A stretch of DNA of 64,000 bases from Gemmatimonadota bacterium (lineage in GTDB: Bacteria; Gemmatimonadota; Gemmatimonadetes; JACCXV01; JAHWKZ01), in contig DATLFH010000019.1 of the NCBI GenBank assembly GCA_035524965.1, positions 5,753-69,752 on the forward strand, in the 5' to 3' direction. Numbering within the stretch: position 1 is the first letter of the stretch; every line of letters begins with the position of its first letter. The notes under the pieces are model-generated. The model was not told the origin of the DNA. It saw only the letters and a list, made by a program, of their open reading frames with translations, and ran no database searches. Of the stretch, positions 1 through 9,640 are shown one piece after another. Both the position numbers and the translations under genes were made by a program.

Positions 1-1158
1 TTCGCGGAAGCGATGTACTACTGCGTGGGGTGCCGGGCCTGCGAGACCGCGTGTCCCGCGGGCGTCCAGTTCGGGCGGCTCCTCGAAGGCGCCAGGGCGG
101 CGGTCGAGGAGGCGAAGGCGCCGGGCCGCCCGCCGGATTTCCCGCGCCGCTGGCTCCTCGAGCGCGTGCTCCCCTACCCCAAGCGGCTCAGGCGGGGGGC
201 GCGGGTGCTGAGGCTCTATCGGCGGACGCTGCGTCGAAGCGAGCCGTGGCGGCGGTGGTTCGGAGAACGGTTCCCCGATCTCGCCGAGATCGAACCGCTC
301 GTTCCCGACGTCCCGCCGCAGGGCCGCCGCTGGCGGCTGCCGCCGGTCCTCGAGCCCGCCGATGTCGTGAATGGCGGGAAGAGCGGCAACGGGACCCCGA
401 ATACGCGCGGCACCGTCGCCGTCCATCCGGGCTGCGTCCAGCCGATCCTCCTGCCCGAGGTCAACGCGGACACCGTGCAGGTCCTGGCCTTCCACGGCTG
501 GCGGGTCGTCGTCCCCAGCGATCTCCGCTGTTGCGGCGCGCTCCACGCCCACCAGGGGGAGACCGGCGCGGCGCGGGAGCTCGCCCGCGCCAACATCGCC
601 GCCTTCGAGGCGTCCGGCGCCGAGCGCCTGGTCTCGAACGCCGGGGGGTGCGGCGCCCACCTGAAGGGATATCGACATCTGCTGGCGGACGAGCCGGGGT
701 GGGCCTCACGCGCGGAAGCGTTTTCGGCAGCGGTCGTCGACGTGGCCGAGCACCTCGTCGGGAGCGGAGTCCGCCGCCCGCGGCGCCCGTTCAGCCTCAG
801 GGCGACCTACCACGACTCCTGCCACCTCGTCCACGGCCAGCGGGTCGCCGAAGCGCCGCGGCTCCTTTTGGGCGCCATCCCGGGCCTGGATCTGGCGCCG
901 CTCGCGGAATCGACCTGGTGCTGCGGATCGGCGGGGATCTACAACCTGACCCACCCCGAAGCGGCCGCCGAGCTCCTCGAGCGGAAGATCGGCCACATCC
1001 GGGCGACCGGGGCCGAGCTCGTCGTGACCGGCAATCCGGGCTGCATCCTCCAGATCGCGAGCGGCCTCAGGGCGGCCGGCTCACCCGTCCGGGTCGTCCA
1101 CCCCGTATCTCTCCTCCGGGTCGCCTACGAGCTGCCGCCGCTCCTGCCGCGATCCTGA
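1..1158 (+). CDS. (Fe-S)-binding oxidoreductase, GlcF / heterodisulfide-reductase-like, 5' partial at window edge
   Basis: ORF 13..1158 opens with a ferredoxin-type CxxCxxCxxxCP motif. Two Cys-rich CCG-like motifs (HDSCHL, NPGC) follow. The frame is open to base 1, so the N-terminus lies outside the window. Confidence 0.8.
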   Translation, partial: FAEAMYYCVGCRACETACPAGVQFGRLLEGARAAVEEAKAPGRPPDFPRRWLLERVLPYPKRLRRGARVLRLYRRTLRRSEPWRRWFGERFPDLAEIEPLVPDVPPQGRRWRLPPVLEPADVVNGGKSGNGTPNTRGTVAVHPGCVQPILLPEVNADTVQVLAFHGWRVVVPSDLRCCGALHAHQGETGAARELARANIAAFEASGAERLVSNAGGCGAHLKGYRHLLADEPGWASRAEAFSAAVVDVAEHLVGSGVRRPRRPFSLRATYHDSCHLVHGQRVAEAPRLLLGAIPGLDLAPLAESTWCCGSAGIYNLTHPEAAAELLERKIGHIRATGAELVVTGNPGCILQIASGLRAAGSPVRVVHPVSLLRVAYELPPLLPRS

Positions 1159-1178
1159 CAGGTCGCCAAGGCAGCCCC

Positions 1179-1385
1179 TTAGGTCGTTTCTTCGTCGTCG
1201 AGCAGCGTCCGCGCGCGGGCCGCGTCTTCGGGCGCGACCAGGAGCCGCGCCGGAGCGATCCCGACATACGCGCCGCCGATGTCGTCGGCCACGACCGCGC
1301 TCGGGATTCCACCGTCCTCGAGCCGGCCCTGGGCGATCTCGGCGAGGTGCCGGTAACGGTAGCGGGCGATCTCGACGGGCTTCAT
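1179..1385 (-). CDS. DUF2007-like small putative signal-transducing protein
   Basis: 68 aa ORF with natural, non-Arg-rich composition that occupies the intergenic slot. Confidence 0.5.
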   Translation of the reverse strand: MKPVEIARYRYRHLAEIAQGRLEDGGIPSAVVADDIGGAYVGIAPARLLVAPEDAARARTLLDDEETT

Positions 1386-1387
1386 CC

Positions 1388-1993
1388 CTATGGCTGTCGC
1401 GTCGACACCAGCTCGAACGATTTGAACTCCACGCCATCGGGTCCCGGCGTGTATGCCTCGTAGCGGACCGTGTCGTCGTCTACGATCGTGGTCACGCCGC
1501 GCATCGTCTTCTCCTCGCCGGTGACGACATCGTCATAGGTCCCGGTCATCGTCAGCGTCCGGGTCGCGGGATCGTACGATCCACGGCTGATCATCACGCC
1601 GGTGCTGTGGTTGTCGACCCAGACCGCGATGTATTCCTCGTCCCGGTTGTCATAGCCCGTCATCCCGTGACCTTCGAAGGGCTGGCCCATAGCCGAACCT
1701 TCGTAGCCCTCGATGAGGTAGCGACCGCCGAAGGCCATCTCCGACGAGGACGTTCCGCTCGACTCCATCGGTTCGTCGCCGGGCGCCATCCAGAACCTCG
1801 CGGTCCAGTTCCAAGCGCCCTCGAGCTGCGCCAGGTGGGCATGCTCCTCTCCTGGCGTGGCGTACTCGGTCCACTTCTCCATCATGAGCTGTTCCTCGGC
1901 GCCCATGTCGACTTCCTGGGCCGCGGCCGGAACCCCCGTGGTGATCGCGTAGGCCGCGACGGCGGCCGTAAAGGTCATGAGCTTGCGGATCAT
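1388..1993 (-). CDS. DUF1579 family secreted protein
   Basis: The ATG (MIRKLMTF...) follows a GGAAG RBS and a signal peptide. The upstream part of ORF 1388..2146 is Arg-rich junk. Confidence 0.7.
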   Translation of the reverse strand: MIRKLMTFTAAVAAYAITTGVPAAAQEVDMGAEEQLMMEKWTEYATPGEEHAHLAQLEGAWNWTARFWMAPGDEPMESSGTSSSEMAFGGRYLIEGYEGSAMGQPFEGHGMTGYDNRDEEYIAVWVDNHSTGVMISRGSYDPATRTLTMTGTYDDVVTGEEKTMRGVTTIVDDDTVRYEAYTPGPDGVEFKSFELVSTRQP

Positions 1994-2066
1994 TCGGCTT
2001 CCTTTCGTTGAGGTTGTCACGGTCAGCGCTGTCCACCGGCGGCCGGCTGGACCCGCCGCCGGGCGA

Positions 2067-3104
2067 CTAGCGCTCGCCCGCCTCGTAATCGACGGCGTCC
2101 TGCCGCCGGAAAACCAGATCGACCGATCGCGCGGCCGCGTCGCCACCGGGAGCCGCGCCGACGAGCACGTAGAGCTTGCCCGAATCAGGGTACTCGGAGA
2201 CCTCCGGCTCCTCCATGGTGGAGAGCGCGAAGTACTCGAGCGGGGAATCGCCGGCGTTGGAGACCGCGTGCGCTCCCCCGGGACCCGGCGGGCAGAGGAA
2301 AGAGTCCCCCGGCCTCAGGTCCCTCTCGCCCTCCTCCGTCCGCAGCCGTGCGTAGCCCGAGCGGACGTAGAAGAACTCCTCGTTAACATGCTGAAAATGA
2401 TACGGCCATGATCGCTGTCCGGGCCGCAGCCGGTACACACTGTAGCCGAGGAGCCGGGCGCCGGCCATTCGCGACGGGCGCTTCCGCTCGCCGGCGAAGG
2501 GACCGAAAGCATACGGCTCCCAGGGGAGGTCCCCGAGGCCGACGATCCGCCGGTCCCGCTCGGCCGGGGGCTCCGGGGCAACGCCGAGCGGCTCGCCGAC
2601 CGGCTCGCCTTCGAAGTAGGGCCCATCGTCCTCTCCGGACGGCAGGACGCGCCCGTCCTTGATGAGGATCCACTCGGCGTCGGGCTCACGAGCCAGATCT
2701 CTCAAGCCGACCCCGCGCTTCCCGGAATCCGAGTACTCGACGAGCTCGCGCTCGATCATGGTGGAAGCGAGGAGCATGTGGGCGGGCCGGTCGTACCGGT
2801 TCAGGAACTGGTGGACGCTGTCCGCCCCCGGGGGCAGGGCGACCACGTCGCCGGCCGTCAACGCGTGCTCGGCGCCGTTCAGCCGCACCGACAGCTCGCC
2901 CCCGAGGACGAGCGCCATCTCCTCGTTGACGTAGTGCGCGTGGTAGGGGGCCGAGGTTTTGCCGGGCGGAACGACCCACGCGCCCACACCGAGCTTGCGC
3001 CCGCCAAGGCGGCGCGACAGATCGGCCCACCGGGCGCCGAATCGCACGCCGCGCTCGAAGGGCTTCCACTCGAGATCCGCCCAGTTGACGACCGAAACCG
3101 CCAC
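2067..3104 (-). CDS. bicupin protein (two cupin barrels)
   Basis: Two cupin-like cores are present. The N-terminus of ORF 2067..3176 is Arg-rich, so I placed the start at an internal GTG (VAVSVVNW...). Confidence 0.65.
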   Translation of the reverse strand: MAVSVVNWADLEWKPFERGVRFGARWADLSRRLGGRKLGVGAWVVPPGKTSAPYHAHYVNEEMALVLGGELSVRLNGAEHALTAGDVVALPPGADSVHQFLNRYDRPAHMLLASTMIERELVEYSDSGKRGVGLRDLAREPDAEWILIKDGRVLPSGEDDGPYFEGEPVGEPLGVAPEPPAERDRRIVGLGDLPWEPYAFGPFAGERKRPSRMAGARLLGYSVYRLRPGQRSWPYHFQHVNEEFFYVRSGYARLRTEEGERDLRPGDSFLCPPGPGGAHAVSNAGDSPLEYFALSTMEEPEVSEYPDSGKLYVLVGAAPGGDAAARSVDLVFRRQDAVDYEAGER

Positions 3105-5109
3105 CGGATAGCTTCGCCTCCACGATGCCGGACCGTGAAGAGATCGAGCGCGCGATCGGCCAGGTTTTCGCCGCAACCGAGCTGCAGCAGGCAGGGCTCC
3201 GCCAGCGCCGGGCGCTGAAGCTGCTCGATCAGGGGGTCTGGGAGGGAACGGTCACGCCTTTCTACCAGGCCCGCGCCGAGCAGCGGATCAACAGCTATCT
3301 CCGCACGCTGTGGGACGCCGCCACACGGGAGCGGCTCGCCCACCCTAGCGAATAGGGCCCGAGCGAATCGGAAGGTACTCGTCGCTCCCTCGCGCGGCAG
3401 GGCCTCGAACACCGTCTCCCCGTCGATCACCGTCTCGAGCACGCTCGTCCGCCAGATCTCATCGGCCGGGACCTCCATCGGGTCGCGGTCGAGGACGAGG
3501 AAGTCGGCCCGCTTCCCGACTTCGAGGCTCCCCACCTCGTCCTCCATTCCGGCCGCTCGCGCGGCCCAGATCGTGAAGCACGCCAGCGCCTGCTCGCGGG
3601 TCAGCCGCTCTTCGGGATACCAGCCCCCCTCGGGCCACCCCTCCTGATCCCGCCGACTGACCGCCGCATACAGCCCGTAGAAGGGGTTCGCGCTCTCGAC
3701 CGGGAAGTCGCTCCCGCACGCCAGCGGGACGCCCGCCGCGCGCAGCTTCTGCCAGGCGTAGGCGCCGGCGATCCGCTGCGGGCCGACCCGCTCCTCGGCC
3801 CAGTACATGTCGCTGGTCGCGTGGGTCGGCTGGACCGACGCGATCACCCCGAGCCTGTCGAAGCGGAGCCCGGCAAAGCCCGGGATGTCCTCGAGTGCGA
3901 TCACCTGGGCGTGCTCGATCCGCGGGATGGGTCCGGCGCTATCCGGCGTCACCTCGCGCATCGCTTCCTCGATCGCGTCCAGCGCGACCCGGTTTCCGCG
4001 GTCGCCGATCGCGTGGATCGCGGGCTGGAGCCCGAGCCGAAGCACGCGCGCGGTCCGCGCGGCCAGCGAGTCCGGCGGCGTCACGAGGAGCCCCTCGTTT
4101 TCGGGATCGTCGCTGTAGGGCTCCATGAGCGCCGCGCCCCGGCTCCCCAGCGCGCCGTCGGCGTAGAGCTTGACGCCCCGGACCCGGAACCGGTCGCCAT
4201 CCTCGCCGATCTCCGCCCCGCCACCCGTCACCCACCAGGCGAGAAGGTCTTTCTCGTCGGAATCCATATAGGCCACGATCCGCGGCAGGAGACGGCCGCT
4301 GTCCGCCCACGCGCGATACAGCTCGATCTCGGACCGCGCAGCCCCCATGTCGTGGACTCCGGTCAGGCCCAGCGCGACGATGTGCGCCTGCGCGGCCGCC
4401 AGACGCGCCGCCCGCTCGGCACCATCGGGCTCGATCAGAGGCTCCACCAGATCCTCGGCATTGTCGATCAGGACGCCGGTCGGTCTCCCTGCGGCGTCGC
4501 GGAGGATCCTGCCCCCGGGAGGATCGGGCGCATCGGCCGTGATCCCGGCGAGATCGAGCGCGCGCGCGTTCAACCAGACGGCGTGGCCGTCGACGCGCCT
4601 CAGGTACACGGGGTGCTCGGGAGCGGCCTCGTCGAGCGGCTCGTGCGTGGGGAACTCCTTGGCCGCCCAGTCGTTCTGATCCCAGCCGCGGCCCACGATC
4701 CAGGCTCCGTCTTCCCGTTCGGCCGCGGCGATCCGCACTCGTTCGGCGACGTCGGCGGGGCTCGCGGTTCCGGCGAGATCGAGCGTCCTCAGCAACTCGC
4801 CGAGGTTCCCCAGGTGCCCATGCGCGTCGATCAGGCCGGGGATCACGGTCCGGCCTTGGAGATCGAGGACGACGGTACCAGCCCCACGGAAGCGGTCGAG
4901 GATCTCGCCGGATGCACCCAAGCCGACGATCTCCCCGTCCGCGATCGCCATCGCCTCGGCCCGCGGGCGCTCGCCGTCCATCGTGTGAATGACGCCGTTC
5001 GTGACGATCCGGTCGGCGGGCTCCTGCGCGCCCGCGGGCGTGACGCAGAGCGCTGCTGGAGCAGCCGTCAGGACGACCGCGAGCAGGCCCCGGCCGATCC
5101 GGAACCGCA
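2879..5109 (-). CDS. amidohydrolase-3 family metal-dependent hydrolase, secreted; 3' boundary doubtful
   Basis: Signal peptide at MRFRIGRGLLAVVLTAAPAAL. HGH metal-binding motif and a typical Amidohydro_3 C-terminus (...LVLDRDPMEV...ETVFEALPR) ending near 3392. The frame then runs about 170 more Arg/Ser-rich residues to 2879 without a stop, overlapping the cupin gene. Confidence 0.7.
3125..3355 (+). CDS. small hypothetical protein (76 aa)
   Basis: Third-position GC is very high and the composition is protein-like. It fits exactly between the cupin start and the end of the amidohydrolase domain. Confidence 0.4.
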   Translation: MPDREEIERAIGQVFAATELQQAGLRQRRALKLLDQGVWEGTVTPFYQARAEQRINSYLRTLWDAATRERLAHPSE

Positions 5110-5186
5110 TGGCACCTCCGGTGGGATTTCGGGTACCGGCTTGATCGGCTCGGACGTTAGCTTCGCGCGCCAATCTACGGGAGCCC

Positions 5187-5891
5187 ATGGCGGACCGCAT
5201 CCTCGAGTTCCTGGTACCGTACCTCGATCAGTACGGCTACGCGACCCTTTTCCTCCTGACCTTCCTCGAGACGAGCGCGTTCCTCGGTCTGGTTGCGCCG
5301 GGCGAGACGATCATCGTTCTCTGCGGCTTCTACGCGTATCGGGGGGTCCTCGACCCGTGGCTGGTCGGCGGGCTGGCGACCCTCGGCGCGATCACGGGCG
5401 ACCAGGTCGGCTACTTGTTGGGGCGGACGTACGGCCACGGTCTGATCACCCGCTTCGGAAAGTACTTCTTCTTCGACCGCAAGCGGCTCGAGGCGACCGA
5501 ACGGTACTACGACCGGCACGGGGGCAAGACCGTCTTCTTCGGCCGCTTCATGTCGCTGCTACGCTCCTTCGGTCCCGTCGTCGCGGGGATCAGCCGGATG
5601 CCCTACCGTATCTTCCTCCCGTGGAGCGTGGCCTCGTGCATCATCTGGGGCGCGGCGTTCACCCTGATCGGCTACTTCTTCGGCGCTTCCTGGGAGCTGA
5701 TCGAGCGCTATCTCGGGTGGGGCGGCGCGGTCGCGTTCGCACTGGGCATCGCCCTCGTCCTCTGGCTCCTCCACCGCAAACGGGAGGTCGAGCTCGAGCA
5801 GGAGCTCGCCGGACCGGGCGAAGCGCCGGCCGGCGGCGATTCGCATTCTGAAGAGAGCTCCCGTCAGGGAAAGGAGCGTCATGCCAGCTAG
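5187..5891 (+). CDS. DedA / SNARE-associated (VTT domain) membrane protein
   Basis: Multi-TM protein with the DedA signature region (GLVAPGETIIV..., FFGRF). Confidence 0.85.
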   Translation: MADRILEFLVPYLDQYGYATLFLLTFLETSAFLGLVAPGETIIVLCGFYAYRGVLDPWLVGGLATLGAITGDQVGYLLGRTYGHGLITRFGKYFFFDRKRLEATERYYDRHGGKTVFFGRFMSLLRSFGPVVAGISRMPYRIFLPWSVASCIIWGAAFTLIGYFFGASWELIERYLGWGGAVAFALGIALVLWLLHRKREVELEQELAGPGEAPAGGDSHSEESSRQGKERHAS

Positions 5892-7527
5892 GCCGAGCCG
5901 TGCCAGCCAAACACCGCGCCGTCGAAGCGGTCGCCGGCCGGCGGTCGTCGCCGCTCTCGCAGGGGTCCTCGCGCTCGCCGCATGCGGCGGCAGTTCCGGG
6001 GACCGGACCTCGGGTCGGAACGTCCTCCACCTGTACATGGAATCCGACCCCGCGAGCCTCGATCCGATCCAGGCGGTCGATGTCTACCGCGGGCGCATGG
6101 TCGTGTATCTGTATGACGGTCTCGTCCAGTTCCAGGACGACGAGATCCGCCCCAACCTGGCGGAGTCGTGGGAGATCTCCGAGGACGGGACGATCTACAC
6201 CTTCGAGCTGCGGGACGACGTCGCCTTCCACAACGGTCGCCGCCTGACCGCCGAGGACGTGAAGTACTCCTTCGAGCGCGCGCTCCAGCCGGCGAACCAG
6301 AGCCCGCTGACGTGGGTCTTCGACTTCATCGACGGCGCTCGTGAGATGACCGAAGGGGAGGCCGAAGAACTGACCGGGGTCCGCGTCCTCGATCCGCGTA
6401 CGGTCGAGATCGCCCTGCGCCAGCCGTTCGCACCCTTCCTGTCGCTGATGGCGATGCCCGCCGCCCATATCGTGCCCCGCGAAGAGATCGAGTCGAAGAG
6501 CGACCAGTTCTCGGAGGCCCCGATCGGCACCGGCCCGTGGATCTTCGAATCGTGGGCCCACGACGACGTCGTACGGCTGACCGCGAACCCGCGCTATCAC
6601 AACGGCCGGCCGCGAACCGACGGGATGGAGATCCGGATCATCCCCGAGACGACGACCGTGATCGCCGAGTTCGAGCGCGGCAACATCGACTGGGCCGACC
6701 TGAACGAGTTCCCCAAGCCCGAGTACGACCGCTTCGCCGCGGACGCCGAATGGGAGCCGCATGTCCACACGCGGCCGGCGCTCGTCACCTACTATCTCGC
6801 CCTCAACAACCGGAAACCCAAGTTCGCCGACCCGCGCGTTCGCCAGGCCCTCAACTACGCGGTCGACGTGGCCGCGATCGCCCGGGCGATCTATCCAGGG
6901 GAAACGGTGCTGTCGCACGGGCCGATCCCCCCGGGGCTGCCCGGTTACCGTGAGGACGGTGAGCCGTACGGGCACGATCCCGATCGCGCGCGGGCGCTCC
7001 TCGCCGAGGCCGGGGTCGAAGGGCTCACGTTCGACGTCTTCTTCCGGGCTCTCGCGCTGAACCAGCGATTCCTGGAGGCGGCCCAGGCCAACCTCGCCCA
7101 GGTCGGCGTCACGATGAACCTCCAGCAGCGCGACTGGACCGCCGTGCGCCAGTCGATGCAGCAGGGAGAGCTCGACGCCTACCTCGCCAACTGGTACGCC
7201 GACTACCCGGACGCCGAGAACTTCCTCTTTCCACTCTTCTACAGCGAGATGGCGGGCGCCGGCGGAAACGCGGCCTTCTACTCGAGCGCGACGGTCGACT
7301 CGCTGATCCTGACCGCGCGGAGGACGCTCGACGACGAGGAGCGGATCCGGATGTACTCCGAAGCCGAATCCCTGATCCAGGCCGATGCCCCGTGGGTCTT
7401 CACCGTCCACCCGTTCGACGCCGACATCGTCCAGCCGTGGGTCGAAGGCTACGAGATCCCGCAGGTCTTCTATGGCCAGAAGTGGGTCGACGTGTCGCTC
7501 GACGGGGACTCGGCGGCGGAAGAGTAG
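5881..7527 (+). CDS. ABC transporter substrate-binding protein, family 5 (peptide/nickel, DppA/OppA-like), lipoprotein
   Basis: Lipobox LALAACGG followed by an SBP_bac_5-like sequence. Confidence 0.85.
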   Translation: MPARPSRASQTPRRRSGRRPAVVAALAGVLALAACGGSSGDRTSGRNVLHLYMESDPASLDPIQAVDVYRGRMVVYLYDGLVQFQDDEIRPNLAESWEISEDGTIYTFELRDDVAFHNGRRLTAEDVKYSFERALQPANQSPLTWVFDFIDGAREMTEGEAEELTGVRVLDPRTVEIALRQPFAPFLSLMAMPAAHIVPREEIESKSDQFSEAPIGTGPWIFESWAHDDVVRLTANPRYHNGRPRTDGMEIRIIPETTTVIAEFERGNIDWADLNEFPKPEYDRFAADAEWEPHVHTRPALVTYYLALNNRKPKFADPRVRQALNYAVDVAAIARAIYPGETVLSHGPIPPGLPGYREDGEPYGHDPDRARALLAEAGVEGLTFDVFFRALALNQRFLEAAQANLAQVGVTMNLQQRDWTAVRQSMQQGELDAYLANWYADYPDAENFLFPLFYSEMAGAGGNAAFYSSATVDSLILTARRTLDDEERIRMYSEAESLIQADAPWVFTVHPFDADIVQPWVEGYEIPQVFYGQKWVDVSLDGDSAAEE

Positions 7528-7591
7528 CCTGACGAACTGGAGGGCCGACCGGACCTCCGGTACGTTCGAGATCGAGGAGTAGGCCACGGCC

Positions 7592-7855
7592 CTACTCCAG
7601 CCGATCGAGCCGGCGCCGGATCTCGGCCTCGTCCAGCCCGTCGATCTCGATGATCTTCCGCGCGGACGACGCCCCGGCGACCAGGCGCAGCCGCCCCACC
7701 GGTAGCTCGAGCGATCGCGCGAGCACCTCGAGGGCGGCGGCGTTGGCTTTCCCGTGCTCGGGCGCGGCTCGTACCCGTATCTTCAAGGCGTCACCCAGCC
7801 ATCCCGCCACCTCCTCGCGCGTCGCCCGCGGGACGACCTTTACGGCGAGCCTCAT
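7592..7855 (-). CDS. DUF167 (YggU-like) family protein
   Basis: 87 aa with a ...AAPEHGKANAAL...L... pattern. Confidence 0.7.
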   Translation of the reverse strand: MRLAVKVVPRATREEVAGWLGDALKIRVRAAPEHGKANAAALEVLARSLELPVGRLRLVAGASSARKIIEIDGLDEAEIRRRLDRLE

Positions 7856-8881
7856 GCCGTCCCGTCCTCCCGGTCGGCGGAATCGCGGCGGGGATCAGGG
7901 GTTCCCTCGGGGCGGAGCGGGATCAGCCCCTTGCGCAGCGACTCCAGATCCTTCTCGCCACCCCTCCCCCAGAAGAGCACGATCGCCAACGTGGCGTAGA
8001 TCGGCAGGTGTCCGACCAGCTCGCGCCAGCCGAAGACGGTCAACGTCAGGTTGAACGGCAGCCACAGCAGGAGGATGACGATCCGCGGAAAAGCTCCCGA
8101 GACGAGGAGGATGCCGGCCAGCAGCTCCACCGTCCCCGCGGCCAGGATGAAGGCCACGTCGGTGATCGGCAGGCCGAGACCGGCGGCGAAGTTGACGAAC
8201 GGATACGCCTCCACGAAGCGCAGTGCGAGCGGCAGGTTGAGGAGCTTCTCGGTGAACGCGAGCCAGACGATGCCGAGTCCGGTCGCCACGCGGAGCGCGG
8301 GCACGGCATAGGGAAGGAGCGCCACGCGAGCGCCGGCCCAGTCGCCGAAGAGGCGATCGACCGCGATCGGCCCCCGCCCGACGATCCAGAAGAAGGCAGC
8401 GATCCCGAGAAAGATGACCTGCTCGATCAGGAGCGACGGCCCGAACAGGAAGGCGCCGATCACCCAGATCCCGGCCAGGCCGAGGGCGGCGTAGCGCGCG
8501 AAGAGGCCGTAGAAGAGGAGGAGCGCGATCGCCACCTCCGCCAGCCCGACGAACGCGCTGGCGGGTAGCAACATTTCGAGGTTCGGCGCGAAGAGCTGCC
8601 CCTGGACCCCGCTGACCAGGAGCGGAACCGCGGTATGGACCGCGAGCAGGAGCGGGACCCACCCCATCGTGACCGCCAGCCGCTCGGGCGTGGCGCCCAG
8701 CGCGAGCGGCCCGGGCAGGAGAGGGCGCCTTCCGCACCGGACCCAGAGGACATAGACCGCCGCCGCGCACAGGACGGCGATCCCGACCGGCACGTAGCCC
8801 TCCGGACGGAGCAGGTCGCCCCACCGGGTGGGAAGCCCTTGGTCGGAAACGAACCACCGCTCGTGGGCCGCGGCCGTCATC
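7852..8881 (-). CDS. DoxX family membrane protein
   Basis: Polytopic membrane protein. The real start is at MTAAAHERW; the upstream part of ORF 7852..9216 is Arg/Ser-rich junk. Confidence 0.7.
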
Positions 8882-8899
8882 CCGTTCGGAGTCCCCCGT

Positions 8900-9640
8900 T
8901 CAGCGCGATCCGGGCAGGAAAGCGAGTGCGTCGAGCGCGTACCACGCCCCGAAGAGGAGGCACAGAAGGCCAAGCGAGGGGAAGAGCGCCGCGAGCCTCG
9001 CCGCCACCGGCCGGCGGCCGAGCGCGTAGCCGAAAACGGCCGAGGCCGCCGCCATCGAGAGCGCGGTGCCGGCCGCGAAGATCGCCAGGCCGGCAGCCGC
9101 TCGACCGTCCGGGAGTGCCGCCACGACGAGGAGGCTTGCGCCCGCGGACCCGCCGGCGCCGTGGAGGAGCCCGATCCCGAAGGAGGCGAAGGGCGTGCGC
9201 CCGAGCGCCTCGTCATGAGGGTGATCGTGGCGCGGGGCGTCGGAGTCGATCGCGTGACGATGCGCGTGCGCGTGTGGGTGAGCGTGCCACACGCCGTCGT
9301 GGGCGTGCGGGTGGGCGTGGAACGCGCCCCGCCGCCAGCGGACCAGGAGCCGGATCGCGAGCGCCGCGATCATGACGCCGATCGCCACCTCGGCCGCGCG
9401 CTGAAAGGTGTCCGGCAGGTAGCGATCGAGAAGGACGATGGGCAGGCCGAGCGCCAGCAGCGTGGTCGCGTGCCCGAGTCCCCAGAAGAGGCCGAGGACG
9501 CCGGCCAGGCGCGCGCCCAACTGCGTTTCGTTCAGAACGAGGGCCGAGACGGCGGTCAGGTGGTCGGGATCGGTCGCGTGCCTGAGCCCGAGGAGGAGCG
9601 CCGCGACGAGCGCCGCTTCCGGCCCCCTTACCGCGTCCAC
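8900..9640 (-). CDS. nickel/cobalt transporter-like membrane protein (NicO/RcnA-like) with a His-rich loop
   Basis: TM segments, a DPDHLTAV motif and a HAHPHAHDGVWHAHPHAHAHRH loop. GTG start chosen because the upstream part is junk. Confidence 0.55.
   Translation of the reverse strand: MDAVRGPEAALVAALLLGLRHATDPDHLTAVSALVLNETQLGARLAGVLGLFWGLGHATTLLALGLPIVLLDRYLPDTFQRAAEVAIGVMIAALAIRLLVRWRRGAFHAHPHAHDGVWHAHPHAHAHRHAIDSDAPRHDHPHDEALGRTPFASFGIGLLHGAGGSAGASLLVVAALPDGRAAAGLAIFAAGTALSMAAASAVFGYALGRRPVAARLAALFPSLGLLCLLFGAWYALDALAFLPGSR

Noticed and set aside
30-1463. Many long ORFs in the track with Arg/Pro/Gly/Ala-dominated translations (for example 30..1463, 3821..5851, 5659..7587, 11086..12531, 11531..13105, 14933..16237, 35176..36165, 40195..41334)
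   Set aside because: They overlap well-supported genes in other frames or strands and have the extreme low-complexity composition that stop-poor alternative frames show in 70% GC DNA.
8900-9640. The His-rich loop protein as a histidine-rich metal chaperone
   Set aside because: Flanking transmembrane segments and the DPDH motif fit a NicO-type membrane transporter better.
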